Part shown: in pieces, positions 29,030-41,680 of the stretch
Layout: the number at the start of each line of letters is the position of its first letter
Numbering within the stretch: position 1 is the first letter of the stretch
DNA from: Haliotis rufescens
Lineage: Eukaryota
Length of the DNA: 64,000 nt
Assembly: GCF_023055435.1 (NCBI RefSeq)
Contig: NW_025964001.1
Coordinates: 45,074,001-45,138,000 of the forward strand
Direction of reading: 5' to 3'
Position numbers and translations under genes: made by a program
The notes under the pieces: generated by a model
The model's database searches: none
Told to the model about the DNA's origin: nothing
Seen by the model: only the letters and a program-made list of their open reading frames with translations

Positions 29030-30078
29030 TTTTTTACAGTAGTAAAGAAATTGTTATCCATAAAATTGTGTCCACCTTGTCATCCGTCAATTTCTAAGTA
29101 ATGCCTATCAAACAATAGACAATGTACTCATCGGAGATATTACCCTTGGTTACCATTGTAAACGTCTGTGAAAACGAACTATTGCAGGACCTACGTTAAT
29201 TTTCATGTTGTTCAAGCAGAGACCATATCTTCCAGCAAAAGAAAACTTAACTTTTCAAAATGTAGCTGAAAACATTTTGAGCCATTCAGATATAAAATTC
29301 CCTCAAACTGAATGTGAAAGCTACAATACTTTAATCTCTTATGACACCGTTATGCGAATGTAAATCTTTTAATATGTAGCCAAATCTCGTACTACTGCAT
29401 ACTTCCGCGAAAGTTCCGACGACAAATTTGACTTATGGCCCCGAAAATCAAAAGAAAAGAAAGATAAGCCCGAGGCTGAACCGGACTTAAAATTGGACAG
29501 TCCCGCAGTTAATGTTTGTGAATTCCGCTGTAAATAACGTATATCCAAACGTAGACAATATTACTTTGACAGATATGAGGCGATCCCTCCGGGCAAGCCC
29601 ACAACATAATGGTGACCTGATTAACAAAGGGTTATCCATCATCGTCCCATTGTCTCTTCCGCCTCAATCTAATTTCTTGGTGCAAAGTTCGCGTTTTGAC
29701 ATAAGACCAATTGTTTTGACTAAACTTCTATTTTCGAAGCTTTCATGGCCATGAACAAAGTTCATAATCTGATCACACGTACACAAGCCGCGGTAGGTAT
29801 TACGATGAATGACCTGGATGGGATAGACCTTTGATCGTCGACATTTTTTGAGGATCGAATGGTCTTGTCATGCTTAATGATATCATTCTTAACTTCACGG
29901 ATTTCTTCTCAGACTGTTGAACGAAATACCCATTTCAGCTTCTATGCTGTTATCATTTATTTATTATTCCATATAAATATATCATTATAAGTGTCCATGT
30001 TACTTTTGAGGAGACGGAGCCAGGCTCAAACTTCTTGTGGAGGGTAATTAATTACCTAAGTCCCCGAAGCTACCAACT

Positions 30079-33000
30079 TGTGCTGTCTCCCCACCCTATG
30101 TTCTCTATCCTCACTCTATGTCCTCTATCCTCACCCTACGTTCTCTATCCTCACTCTATGTCCTCTATCCTTACTCTATGTCCTCTGTCCTCATTCCATG
30201 TCCTCTATCCTCGCCCTCTGTTCTCTATCCTTACTCTATGTCCTCTGTCCTCACTCTATGTTCTCTATGCTCACTTTCTGTTCTCTATCGTCACTCTTTG
30301 TCCTCTATCCTCACTCTATGTCCTCTGTCCTCACTCTATGTTCTCTATCCTCACTTTCTCTTTGTTCCCAATCCTTATTTTATGTTTTCTATCCTCACCC
30401 CCTTTATCGATCCTCACTCTATGTTCCCCATCCTTACTCTATGTCCTCTATCCTCACGCTATGTTCTCTATGATCACTCTTTGTTCTCTTGCCTCACCCC
30501 ATTTTTCGATCCTCACTCTATGTCCTTTATCCTCACTCTCTATGTCCTCTATCCTCACTCTATATTCCCTAGTCTCACTCTATGTCCTCTATTCCCACTG
30601 TATGTCCTCTATCTCACTCTATGTCTTCTTTCCTCTCCCAATGTCCTCTACACTCCCTCTCTGTTCTCTATCCTCACTGTATGTCCTCTGCCTTCACTCT
30701 ATGTCCTCTATCCTCACTCTATGTCCTCTGTCCTCACTCTATGTTCTCTATCCTTACTCTATGTCCTCTATCCTTACTCTATGTCCTCTGTCCTCACTCT
30801 ATGTCCTCTATCCTCACCCTATGTTCTCTATCCTCACTCTATGTCCTCTATCCTTACTCTATGTCCTCTGTCCTCATTCCATGTCCTCTATCCTCGCCCT
30901 CTGTTCTCTATCCTTACTCTATGTCCTCTGTCCTCACTCTATGTTCTCTATGCTCACTTTCTGTTTTCTATCGTCACTCTTTGTCCTCTATCCTCACTCT
31001 ATGTCCTCTGTCCTCACTCTATGTTCTCTATCCTCACTTTCTCTTTGTTCCCAATCCTTATTTTATGTTTTCTATCCTCACCCCCTTTATCGATCCTCAC
31101 TCTATGTTCCCCATCCTTACTCTATGTCCTCTATCATCACTCTATGTCCTCTATCCTCACTGTATGTCCTCTGCCCTCACTCTATGTTCTCTATCCTCAC
31201 TGCATGTCCTCTATCCTCACTGTATGTCCTCTGTCCTCACTCTATGTCCTCTATCCTCCCTCTATGTCCTCTATCCCCACTGTATGTCCTCTGCCCTCAC
31301 TCTATGTTCTCTATCCTCACTTTCTGTTCTCTTTGTTCCCTATCCTTATTCAATGTATTCTATCCTCACTCTATGTCCTCTATCCTCCCTCTATGTCCTC
31401 TATCCCCACTGTATGTCCTCTGTCCTCACTCTATGTTCTCTATCCTCACTGCATGTCCTCTATCCTCACTGTATGTCCTCTGTCCTCACTCTATGTCCTC
31501 TATCCTCACTCTATGTCCTCTATCCTCACTGTATGTCCTCTGCCCTCACTCTGTGTTCTCTATCCTCACTTTCTGTTCTCTTTGTTCCCTATCCTTATTC
31601 TATGTTTTCTATCCTCACTCTATGTCCTCTATCCTCCCTCTATGTCCTCTATCCCCACTGTATGTCCTCTGCCCTCACTCTATGTTCTCTATCCTCACTT
31701 TCTGTTCTCTTTGTTCCCTATCCTTATTCAATGTATTCTATCCTCACTCTATGTCCTCTATCCTCCCTCTATGTCCTCTATCCCCACTGTATGTCCTCTG
31801 CCCTCACTCTATGTTCTCTATCCTCACTTTCTGTTCTCTTTGTTCCCTATCCTTATTCAATGTATTCTATCCTCACTCTATGTCCTCTATCCTCCCTCTA
31901 TGTCCTCTATCCCCACTGTATGTCCTCTGTCCTCACTCTATGTTCTCTATCCTCACTGCATGTCCTCTATCCTCACTGTATGTCCTCTGTCCTCACTCTA
32001 TGTCCTCTATCCTCACTCTATGTCCTCTATCCTCACTGTATGTCCTCTGCCCTCACTCTGTGTTCTCTATCCTCACTTTCTGTTCTCTTTGTTCCCTATC
32101 CTTATTCTATGTTTTCTGTCCTCACTCTATGTCCTCTATCCTCCCTCTATGTCCTCTATCCCCACTGTATGTCCTCTGTCCTCACTCTATGTTCTCTATC
32201 CTCACTGCATGTCCTCTATCCTCACTGTATGTCCTCTGTCCTCACTCTATGTCCTCTATCCTCACTCTATGTCCTCTATCCTCACTGTATGTCCTCTGCC
32301 CTCACTCTGTGTTCTCTATCCTCACTTTCTGTTCTCTTTGTTCCCTATCCTTATTCTATGTTTTCTATCCTCACTCTATGTCCTCTATCCTCCCTCTATG
32401 TCCTCTATCCCCACTGTATGTCCTCTGTCCTCACTCTATGTTCTCTATCCTCACTGCATGTCCTCTATCCTCACTGTATGTCCTCTGTCCTCACTCTATG
32501 TCCTCTATCCTCACTCTATGTCCTCTATCCTCACTGTATGTCCTCTGCCCTCACTCTGTGTTCTCTATCCTCACTTTCTGTTCTCTTTGTTCCCTATCCT
32601 TATTCTATGTTTTCTATCCTCACTCTATGTCCTCTATCCTCACTCTATGTCCTCTATCTTCACTGTATGTCCTCTGTCCTCACTCTATGTCCTCTGTCCT
32701 CACTCTATGTTCTCTGTCCTCACTTTCTGTTCTCTTCGTTCCCTATCCTTATTCTATGTTTTCTATCCTCACTCTATGTCCTCTATCCTCACTGTATGTC
32801 CTCTATCCCCACTGTATGTCCTCCGTCCTCACTCTATGTCCTCTATCATCACTGTATGTCCTCTATCCTCACTGTATGTCCTCTGTCCTCACTCTATGTC
32901 CTCTATCCTCACTGTATGTCCTCTGCCCTCCCTCTGTGTTCTCTATCCTCACTTTCTGTTCACTTTGTTCCCTATCCTTATTCTATGTTTTCTATCCTCA

Positions 33001-34420
33001 CTCTATGTCCTCTATCCTCACTGTATGTCCTCTATCCTCACTGTATGTCCCCTGTCCTCACTCTATGTTCTCTATCCTCACTTTCTGTTCTCTTTGTTCC
33101 CTATCCTTATTCTATGTTTTCTATCCTCACTCTATGTCCTCTATCCTCACTCTATGTCCTCTGCCCTCACTCTGTGTTCTTTATCCTCACTTTCTGTTCT
33201 CTTTGTTCCTATCCTTATTCTATGTTTTCTATCCTCACTCTATGTCCTCTATCCTCACTGTATGTCCTCTGTCCTCACTCTATGTTCTCTATCCTCACTC
33301 TATGTCCTCTGTCCTCACTCTATGTCATCTGTCCTCACTCTATGTTCTCTATCCTCACTTTCTGTTCTCTTTGTTCCCTATCCTTATTCTATGTTTTCTA
33401 TCCTCACTCTATGTCCTCTATCCTCACTGTATGTCCTCTATCCTCACTGTATGTCCTCTGTCCTCACTCTATGTTCTCTATCCTCACTTTCTGTTCTCTT
33501 TGTTCCCTATCCTTATTCTATGTTTTCTATCCTCACTCTATGTCCTCTATCCTCACTCTATGTCCTCTGCCCTCACTCTGTGTTCTTTATCCTCACTTTC
33601 TGTTCTCTTTGTTCCTATCCTTATTCTATGTTTTCTATCCTCACTCTATGTCCTCTATCCTCACTGTATGTCCTCTGTCCTCACTCTATGTTCTCTATCC
33701 TCACTCTATGTCCTCTGTCCTCACTCTATGTCATCTGTCCTCACTCTATGTTCTCTATCCTCACTTTCTGTTCTCTTTGTTCCCTATCCTTATTCTATGT
33801 TTTCTATCCTCACTCTATGTCCTCTGTCCTCACTGTATGTCCTCTGCCCTCACTCTGTGTTCTTTATCCTCACTTTCTGTTCTCTTTGTTCCCTATCCTT
33901 ATTCTATGTTTTCTATCCTCACTCTATGTCCTCTATCCTCACTGTATGTCCTCTATCCTCACTCTATGTCCTCTGTCCTCACTCTATGTTCTCTATCCTC
34001 ACTCTATGTCCTCTCCTCAATCTGTGTTCTCTATCCTCACTCTATGTCCTCTATCCTCACTGTATGTCCTCTATCCCCACTGTATGTCCTCTGTCCTCAC
34101 TCTATGTTCTCTATCCTCACTCTATGTCCTCTATCCTCACTGTATGTCCTCTGTCCTCACTCTATGTTCTCTATCCTCACTTTCTGTTCTCTTTGTTCCC
34201 TATCCTTATTCTATGTTTTCTATCCTCACTCTATGTTCTCTATCCTCACTGTATGTCCTCTGCCCTCACTGTATGTCCTCTATCCTCACTGTATGTCCTC
34301 TATCCTCACTGTATGTCCTCTGTCCTCACTGTATGTCCTCTATCCTCACTGTATGTCCTCTGCCCTCACTCTATGTTCTCTATCCTCACTCTATGTTCTC
34401 TATCCTAACTCTATGTCCTC
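30079..34420. repeat. 20-bp pyrimidine-rich minisatellite (about 4.3 kb) with 249/129-bp higher-order units
   Basis: Unit TCCTCACTCTATGTCCTCTA and variants. Marker GTTCCCTATC recurs at 31335, 31584, 31713, 31842, 32091, 32340 and 32589 (spacings 249/129). A block is duplicated at 683-bp offset (30364/31047). Confidence 0.98.
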
Positions 34421-34423
34421 TCA

Positions 34424-35770
34424 ATCGTGTTAGTGTTTTGCCATATTATCTTCATCGTGTTACTATTCTATCACATATTTTCATCATGTTAGTATTTTAA
34501 CACTTTATCTTCACCATGTTAGTATTTTATCATATTATCTTCACAATCCTAGTATTTTATCATATTATCTTCATCATGTTAGTACTTGAACACATGATCT
34601 TCATCGTGTTAGTTTTTTATCACATATGTTCATCATGTTAGTATTTGAACACATGATCTTCATCATATTGTTGGTATGTTATCACAGCATCTTCATCATG
34701 TTAGTATTTGAACACTTTATCTTCACCGTGTTAGAATTATTTTCATCGTGTTAGTATTTTATCACATATGTTCATCATGTTAGTATTTGAACACATTATC
34801 TTCATCATATTGTTGGTGTGGTATCACAGTATCTTCATCATGTTAGTATTTGAACACCTTATCTTCATCTTATTGTTGGTGTGATATCACAGTATCTTCA
34901 TCATTTAGTATTTGAACACATTATCTACATCATATTGTTGGTGTGATATCACATTATCTTCATCATTTAGTATTTGAACACATTATCTTCATCATGTTAG
35001 TATTTGAACACATTATCTTCATCTTATGGTTGGTGTGGTGTCACAGTATCTTTATCATGTTAGTATTTGAACACCTTATCTTCATCATATTCTTGGTGTG
35101 GTATCACAGTATCTTTAACATGTTGGTATTTGAACACCTTATCTTCGTCATGTTAGTATTTGAACACCTTATCTTCATCATGTTGGTATTTGAACACATT
35201 ATCTTCATCATATTGTTGGTGTGGTATCACAGTATCTTCACCATGTTAATATTTGAACACCTTATCTTCATCATATTGTTGGTACGTTTTCACTTTATCT
35301 TCATCATGTTAGTATTTGAACACCTTATCTTCATCATATTCTTGGTGTGGTATCACAGTATCTTTATCATGTTAGTATTTGAACACATTATCTTCATCAT
35401 ATTCTTGGTGTGGTATCACAGTATCTTTATCATGTTAGTATTTGAACACCTTATCTTCATCATGTTAGTATTTGAACACATTAGCTTCATCATGTTTTTG
35501 GTGTGGTATCACAGTATCTTCACCATGTTGGTATTTGAACACCTTATCTTCATCTTATTGTTGGTGTGGTATCACAGTATCTTCATCGTGTTAGTATTTG
35601 AACACCTTATCTTCATCATATTCTTGGTATGTTATCACATTATTTTCATCATGTTAGTATTCGAACACATTATCGTTATCATATTGTTGGTGTGGTATCA
35701 CATCTTCACCACACTGTTGGTATGGTATCACAGTATCTTCATCATGTCGTTAGTGTGTCATCACGTCATC
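34424..35770. repeat. Degenerate 30/33-bp minisatellite with 63-bp dimeric higher-order unit
   Basis: Alternating ATCTTCATCATGTTAGTATTTGAACACCTT (30 bp) and ATCTTCATCATATTGTTGGTGTGGTATCACAGT (33 bp). Directly abuts the 20-bp array. Confidence 0.95.
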
Positions 35771-37143
35771 TTTAACTTATCTCGTGCGTATCCTCTCGGC
35801 ATGTATCCATCTTCTTACGACACATGTCATCCCACAAAAAGAAAATCAAAAACCCGTTTGATATTGCAAATCTAAAGTTTTATTCGGAAATAGAGTAATC
35901 TTTAATATCATACGAAAATGAATAATGTTTGCTTATAGCTATTGTTCCCTGTTTTATGATGACAGATGTAACTACAGCGCAAGTCAAATGACACTTCCAT
36001 GTCAGGCGGCAATCAAGGAAGTGAAATGTATGCCAAATCTTAAAAAACAAACTGCTTTTGATATGCGTATGCAAATTGTGTCACATTACAAAAAGTGCGA
36101 TTCACGTGCTTCTACAACGACTTGCGATGAGGTCCGGTTGTTTAAATGTTGCAGCCAATCAGACCAATCAAACTCGCTGATTGTGCTTTCAGAAATGTTT
36201 GCTTGAAAGTGTTGAACAAAATCTGATCTTAATTTCTCAACAAAAGCTAGGCGTGGTTTAGCAAATTTCAACATGGCTCACAATTATCGTCTGCACAACG
36301 CGACGCCATATTGCAAACATTCGCCGCCGAATTGAGTTTGCCAAAACACTTAAGTCTCAATGAAACACGCTCAATAATTATAGTTCATTATTCCATTTGT
36401 TGTTATGAGTCCAAAGAAATATTACAAGCATAGAATGAGGCCCCAATCACTAGAATAAAATGTAACCAATTTGATAAAGTATGTGAAGTGCTTTACAACG
36501 AGTGGGCCACCTCCCAGGAGTTGAGTCAACACGGAGTGACAGGGAGGGGCAGAGGATAACGGGTTGGGTACATGCCCCGGGCTAGTTTGGGAGACGAGAA
36601 ATTGCTTTTTTGCAAGAACTCTGGTGGGTTTACTTGCCTGTAAATGGATATGCGAGTAGTTGTCTTTATTAACAATAGCTCACATAAATAAAGTTGTGTT
36701 TACGTAAATTATATTATATTCGTGGAAGTGTTTCTTCACACAGTAAGGGAAACAGCATCTTGTGTTATTTCACATATATTTCTGTCATGCTACAGTACAA
36801 ATGATATAACATGATAAGGCGAGAGAGATATTTTGACAAGCTAAACGCATCGTCTTATTCGATACATTAATCATTTATAATGATATGATAATGAAAACGG
36901 ATTTTGTGGCGTTGTCGGTATCCTGTACACATGTATGTAGTAGAGGTTTCATCGTATGGCTAATTACGGAGGACCAAATAAAAAATAAAGTGTAAAACAT
37001 GTGTTTAGAATGTAAACACATACTAGTCATGTTTAGATCAGAACATGTTAAGGAACGTGTTTTAATCCTAAACGGAATACACATTTAACGCTGAAAACAC
37101 AAAAATATAGGTATATAGTTATAATTACCTACAATGAATGTGA

Positions 37144-37167
37144 GGGGGGGGGGGGGGGGGGGGGGGG
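37144..37167. repeat. Poly-G tract (24 nt)
   Basis: Uninterrupted G run. Confidence 0.95.
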
Positions 37168-38385
37168 TCTTTCCGGGTTAGCTGTTACACACAATCCAGA
37201 ATATGTTTAGCCCCAAAACGTGCCAGAATTAAGGGACAAGGAACGCGCTCAGGTTAGTGCTTGATCTCATCACATTGTTTTACAGTGCATGTACCATGCC
37301 TGTTATAAATGACAGAACACACGTTTTGGCAGTTTGTGGACGACATAAACACATCCTACTTATACATGTAATGACGTGGGGCTAACGAGTGATCACAGCG
37401 CCTGATATATAGCTGATACATATAAGAATTATATATGGATCATATATTGATATATCATGAATGGTATATTGATATCATTTGATGAGGATCGGGTAGTCGA
37501 GCCCCGATGGCATAGATTCATTCACTGATGGGTTTGGTAAAAAATATTATTTACAGTCGTGAAAGTCCATTATTACTGACAGTATTCACAGTATTAAACA
37601 GTATTCAGTCACTCTGTGCAATACACTTCAACGAGTGAGGCGATTGTATGAAGTATGGTTAAATAAAGCAGATCGTGTAGCTACATGTTTCAAGGAATGT
37701 GTGAAGTAAACAATAACACATACATAATCTTGAGCCTGTTGAAATCAATATTTGATATACAAGGTTATCAGCAGTAAACATACGGACAGGGTGGTGACAA
37801 TATCTAGCATTGATGTGCCAATCCGGTCTCACAATGTGTGATAGATCTGTCATGTTTAGCTGTTTCTGTCTAAGAATTACAAACAGTCGTTTTAGCATAA
37901 ACACCACTGTTGACAGACCTCGGTGGCATTGTACCCACACAGTCCGGGAGTTCAACTCTCCTTTGAAAACTTTCCTCTTTTTGTATTTCATTTTGCAGTG
38001 AGGTTACATTTTAGTCACTGCGTATTATTATTGCCATTAATAACTTGATTGCCTACACCACACCACAAAATCACACACACGCGCGCACGCAGGCACGCAC
38101 CCGTACAAACACACACACACACACATTAAATCACAGTGATATGAATATGCCAAACGGATCCTGTTTCTATAACAGGTGTGAACTAATTATTCCTCTAAAA
38201 TGTTTGTTGTTTTACGCCGCAGGCGCCTGCTATATGACGGTGTATTTTGGCCAGACAACCTAGCGGACGACAGCACGAGAAGGGTCCCTGGCAGTCCGTG
38301 TCGATGACTGTCAGTCAGCCAGGTCGCACATCACACATATCCTATCTTCAGTTTACTCGCCTCTGAAGACAGGCATTGGTGCTAA

Positions 38386-38541
38386 TGAGTGAGTGAGTGA
38401 GTGAGTATGGTTTTACGCCGCCTTTAGAATATTCCAGCAATATCACGTCGGGGGACACCAGAAATGTCCATGTCGGGAATCGAACCCGGGTCTTCGGCGT
38501 GACGAGCGAACGCTTTAACCTCTTGGCTACCCGACCGCCCT
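38386..38541 (-). mobile_element. Family A tRNA-derived SINE, copy with internal deletion
   Basis: Reverse complement of the 41160/53790 copies, lacking most of GGTACAATGTGTGAAGCCC. (GAGT)n tail at left. TSD GGTGCTAATGA (38378-38388) / GGCGCTAATGA (38543-38553). Confidence 0.93.
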
Positions 38542-38769
38542 GGGCGCTAATGACCTATATGGTCACAGTAACTCAGTTGCAATAATTCAATCAGCATTGT
38601 CATTTGGTACTTCTCTCTCTCTCTCTCTATGTGTTCGATCAGTGTTTGGAGTATATGTGGGATTATTTGCAACACAAACAAAATCATTAACACTATATAT
38701 ATTAAGCTTTCAAAAATCAATTTTCAGGAGCAGTTTCATGGCTGCTAATAAAAATCTGACCCCATCTCA

Positions 38770-38960
38770 GAACGCCGCCCGCCAGCACCGCCCAATCCGC
38801 TCTGCTGCTAACCTCTCTTACACCTAACACTGTAGGGAGATGGCAAAAGCGAATCCTCCTCAGTGAAGGTCAAAATGGCGGTCAGATGACGAGAGTAATT
38901 TCACTACGAAGGCATTGGCGCGAAGCGAGTAATTGAGTAAGATCATTGGCTGCCGAGTCT
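38770..38960. promoter_or_regulatory. CpG-rich promoter-like motif cluster
   Basis: CCGCCC at 38775 and 38788, CCAAT at 38792, YY1-type CAAAATGGCGG at 38871, E2F-type TTGGCGCGAA at 38915. Motif match only, no associated gene seen. Confidence 0.3.
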
Positions 38961-39616
38961 CTAACAAGTTGTTTAATGTTTTCAGAGTTAATTTGTTTCT
39001 GATTGTTGAGGCACGTTTCCCATGGCCACACAGAATCAGTTCGTGAAGTCAAACGGATCGCGTGGACTTGCTGCCCCTCTACGGGGATCTGCGTGTGCGC
39101 AAAGGTCGTTGCGCATATCGCCAAAAGATCTAGTTCAGTGCTCTAAGCACTCAAACGAGCTCTTCGACTGTCAATAAAACACTTCCAGTGTCAAAATATT
39201 ATATCTCTATTTCCCATGTTCTAAAGGCTTCGCCGGGGGGCAATTTAACTTATGATCAGCGAGCAAGAGCCAATATTTTATGAATAGACACTTCAATTGC
39301 AGACATCAGTGATTTTGTAAGAAATTTGAAAATGTGTTCACTAAACATATCATGCAGACCCCAAGAGCTGCTACATTTTCAAACAAGAAAACTAACGTGA
39401 CACGCAAAGATCGTAAAAATACTTTATTATTCTTACACATGAGATTACCAGGAGATTAATAATTTACTTTCATTGTGTGTAATGTAACAGAGAAGATGTG
39501 CATCACTTAGTAGCATATATAGATGGTGTTTAATAATAAAATCAACACTGTAAACCATTTCTGTCTGATATACGCATAAATCAAACTAAGACTTCGTGTG
39601 ACACACAGTCCAAGTA

Positions 39617-39780
39617 CATTGCAACCCCGTTTATTAGGATGGCTAGTGAAAACGTCCGGATAAAGGAATATTGAAACATGATTGTCTTTTTCAACCCTTG
39701 ACTGCGGGCATTTCCAGCAGTGATCATCCAGAAGATGCGATTTTCGGATTAACCGGGTCCAAATTAGAGAGGTTTCTCTG
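39617..39780. mobile_element. Possible decayed pogo/Tigger-type MITE
   Basis: Flanked by TA on both sides. Left end CATTGCAACCCCGTTTATTAGGA versus reverse-complemented right end CAGAGAAACCTCTCTAATTTGGA (15/23 identical). Confidence 0.35.
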
Positions 39781-40465
39781 TACATTATTGATTTTCTTCA
39801 GGTCCATTTTAAATTGTAAAATACATATTTGAAGATAGACGTCGGCCTTATAATTTAGTTTCGCCTGCCTATCATTAGACAACAAGGAACGTCTCCTGTA
39901 TCTTGTTTGACCAAGTAATCCCACTTCACAAAGCGATCTATACTATGTCCTGAGCCATTACAGATTGTAAAATAGAACGTCAAAGAGAAACCCAATCATG
40001 CACCAAATCATGCGATTGTTACCCATAAATAATTCTGCCGAGTCAGCATTATTTAGAACTCTAAACTCTAGACCTCTGTCCTAGGTCAAAAGTTGGAATG
40101 CATTTGTTTGGTTTCGAGAGTTGGCCAACTGATTCATCATAAACATATAAATCATAAATATACGGTCCTAGAAAGTCACCCTGTCGAACACCTCTCTTTG
40201 TATCTGAGGACAAGGTTGTAAGTTTCATCGCGCCGGGGCTATAAACCTATGAAGTGTTGAGTGAACAAAGTGAGCGAGAGAGTCCTCAATTAGTTCTATG
40301 TTTATTTATACCTACTGCCCAATTGAAATATGCCTAAGTAGACTATCCGGTGGCTCGTGGATCATTGCCCAGCCTCTGTCATGAAACATTGAAATATTGA
40401 CGTTTTACGCTACTGTTTGTAATAGAAAACATTTTCTTTCTGAAAAACGCGTGTCATCGCATCCA

Positions 40466-40739
40466 CTTGTTTGTTTGTTTGTTTGTTTGTTTGTTTGTTT
40501 ATTTGTTTGTAGTTTTTACGCCGCAAGCAACAATATTCCAGCTATATGACGGCGGTCTGTAAATAATCGAGTCTGTACCAGACAATCCAGTAATTGATAT
40601 GATGAGCTTCGATCCACGCAATTGGGATACGATGACATGTATCAACCAAGTCAGCGAACTTGACCACCCTCTTACGACAAACATAGTCACCTTTTGCATG
40701 GGTTGCTGAAGACCTGTTCTACCCCGGATCTTCACGGGT
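40466..40739 (-). mobile_element. Family B retroposon, copy B2
   Basis: (TTTG)n tail at left and 5' end GACCCGTGAAGATCCGGGG at right. Perfect 13-bp TSD GTCATCGCATCCA (40453-40465 and 40741-40753). Confidence 0.93.
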
Positions 40740-41159
40740 CGTCATCGCATCCAGGTGGCATAGGTCGATGTTCATACTATCAACCACTGGTTTTGGCTTG
40801 AATATTTACTGGATGCGATGACTCTTGCTGACTACGCCGGATGACTAAACTCTCCCACTCTCACTAACAACATTCATGGAATGTGATGTATGTGTACGTT
40901 GTCATAGCTGTCAACATGTATATGATGCGGAGACATACAAACAAGTACAAAGACGTGTCTGTGATGTTGATGCTGCCTTTGCAGCGAAGATGTAGTGAGG
41001 GACTTCAAACATGTATTTATAAGTAGCCGTAATTGCAAACATTTGTAGAATTACTTTTAATATTATTATAATACTGGGTTGTGGAATGACAACACATTGT
41101 TCAGTACATCTACACACGAACCTCGCTACTGCGGACCTTGCTAATTCAGATCAACAGGA

Positions 41160-41333
41160 GGGGCGGTCGGGTAGCCTAGTGGTTAAAGCGTTCGCTCGTC
41201 ACGCCGACGACCCGGGTTCGATTCCCGACATGGGTACAATGTGTGAAGCCCATTTGTGGTGTCCCCCCGCCGTGATATTGCTGGAATATTGCTAAAAGCG
41301 GCGTAAAACCATACTCACTGACTCACTCACTCA
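41160..41333 (+). mobile_element. Family A tRNA-Asp-like SINE, full length
   Basis: A box TAGCCTAGTGG, B box GGTTCGATTCC, GTC anticodon-like loop (CTCGTCACGC), about 90-bp body, (ACTC)n tail. TSD TCAGATCAACAG (41146-41157) / TCAGATCAATAG (41331-41342). Confidence 0.95.
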
Positions 41334-41528
41334 GATCAATAGTTTGTTAGAACGATGTTAGGGACGCCGAAAACCACTGCACAGACTTATGTACCTTAGT
41401 TGCCAAGATCCACGGGTCGTTGGTTCGAATCCCAGATTGATTACGATCCTTGGCTGCATCCATGGTACTGTATCGTGACATCCTCCTGCATTGCTTCCTA
41501 CTTCATCATTAGTGCAGGAGCTCTGAAC

Positions 41529-41680
41529 AGGGATAGCTTTGTGGTTAAAGCATTCGCCCGTCACGTCGAAGGCCCGGTTTCGAATGCCGTCAAAGGTACA
41601 ATATGTGAAGCCCATTTCTGGTGTCGCTCGCGGTGATACTACTGGAGTATTGCTAAAAGCGTCGTAAAACAGTATTCACT
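41529..41680 (+). mobile_element. Family A SINE, older diverged copy
   Basis: GTGGTTAAAGCATTCGCCCGTCACGTCGAAG...GGTACAATATGTGAAGCCCATTTCTGGTGTC...TATTGCTAAAAGCGTCGTAAAACAGTATTCACTC is collinear with the 41160 copy but has many substitutions. Confidence 0.88.

Noticed and set aside
25183-29061. Long His/Thr/Cys-rich ORFs (up to 686 aa) on both strands
   Set aside because: They arise from a stop-poor 39-bp unit open in nearly all frames. Internal 20-bp deletions shift frame freely, so no frame is being preserved.
30035-35875. 1283-1460 aa ORFs and a 310-aa hydrophobic ORF
   Set aside because: All three plus frames are open because the C/T-rich 20-mer lacks stop codons, and the unit length is not a multiple of three. 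The 310-aa ORF is just the 30/33-bp array.
41160-41232. tRNA-Asp gene (also 53790 and 38470-38541)
   Set aside because: No proper acceptor stem. The sequence continues into a shared body and microsatellite tail with TSDs, so these are SINE heads.
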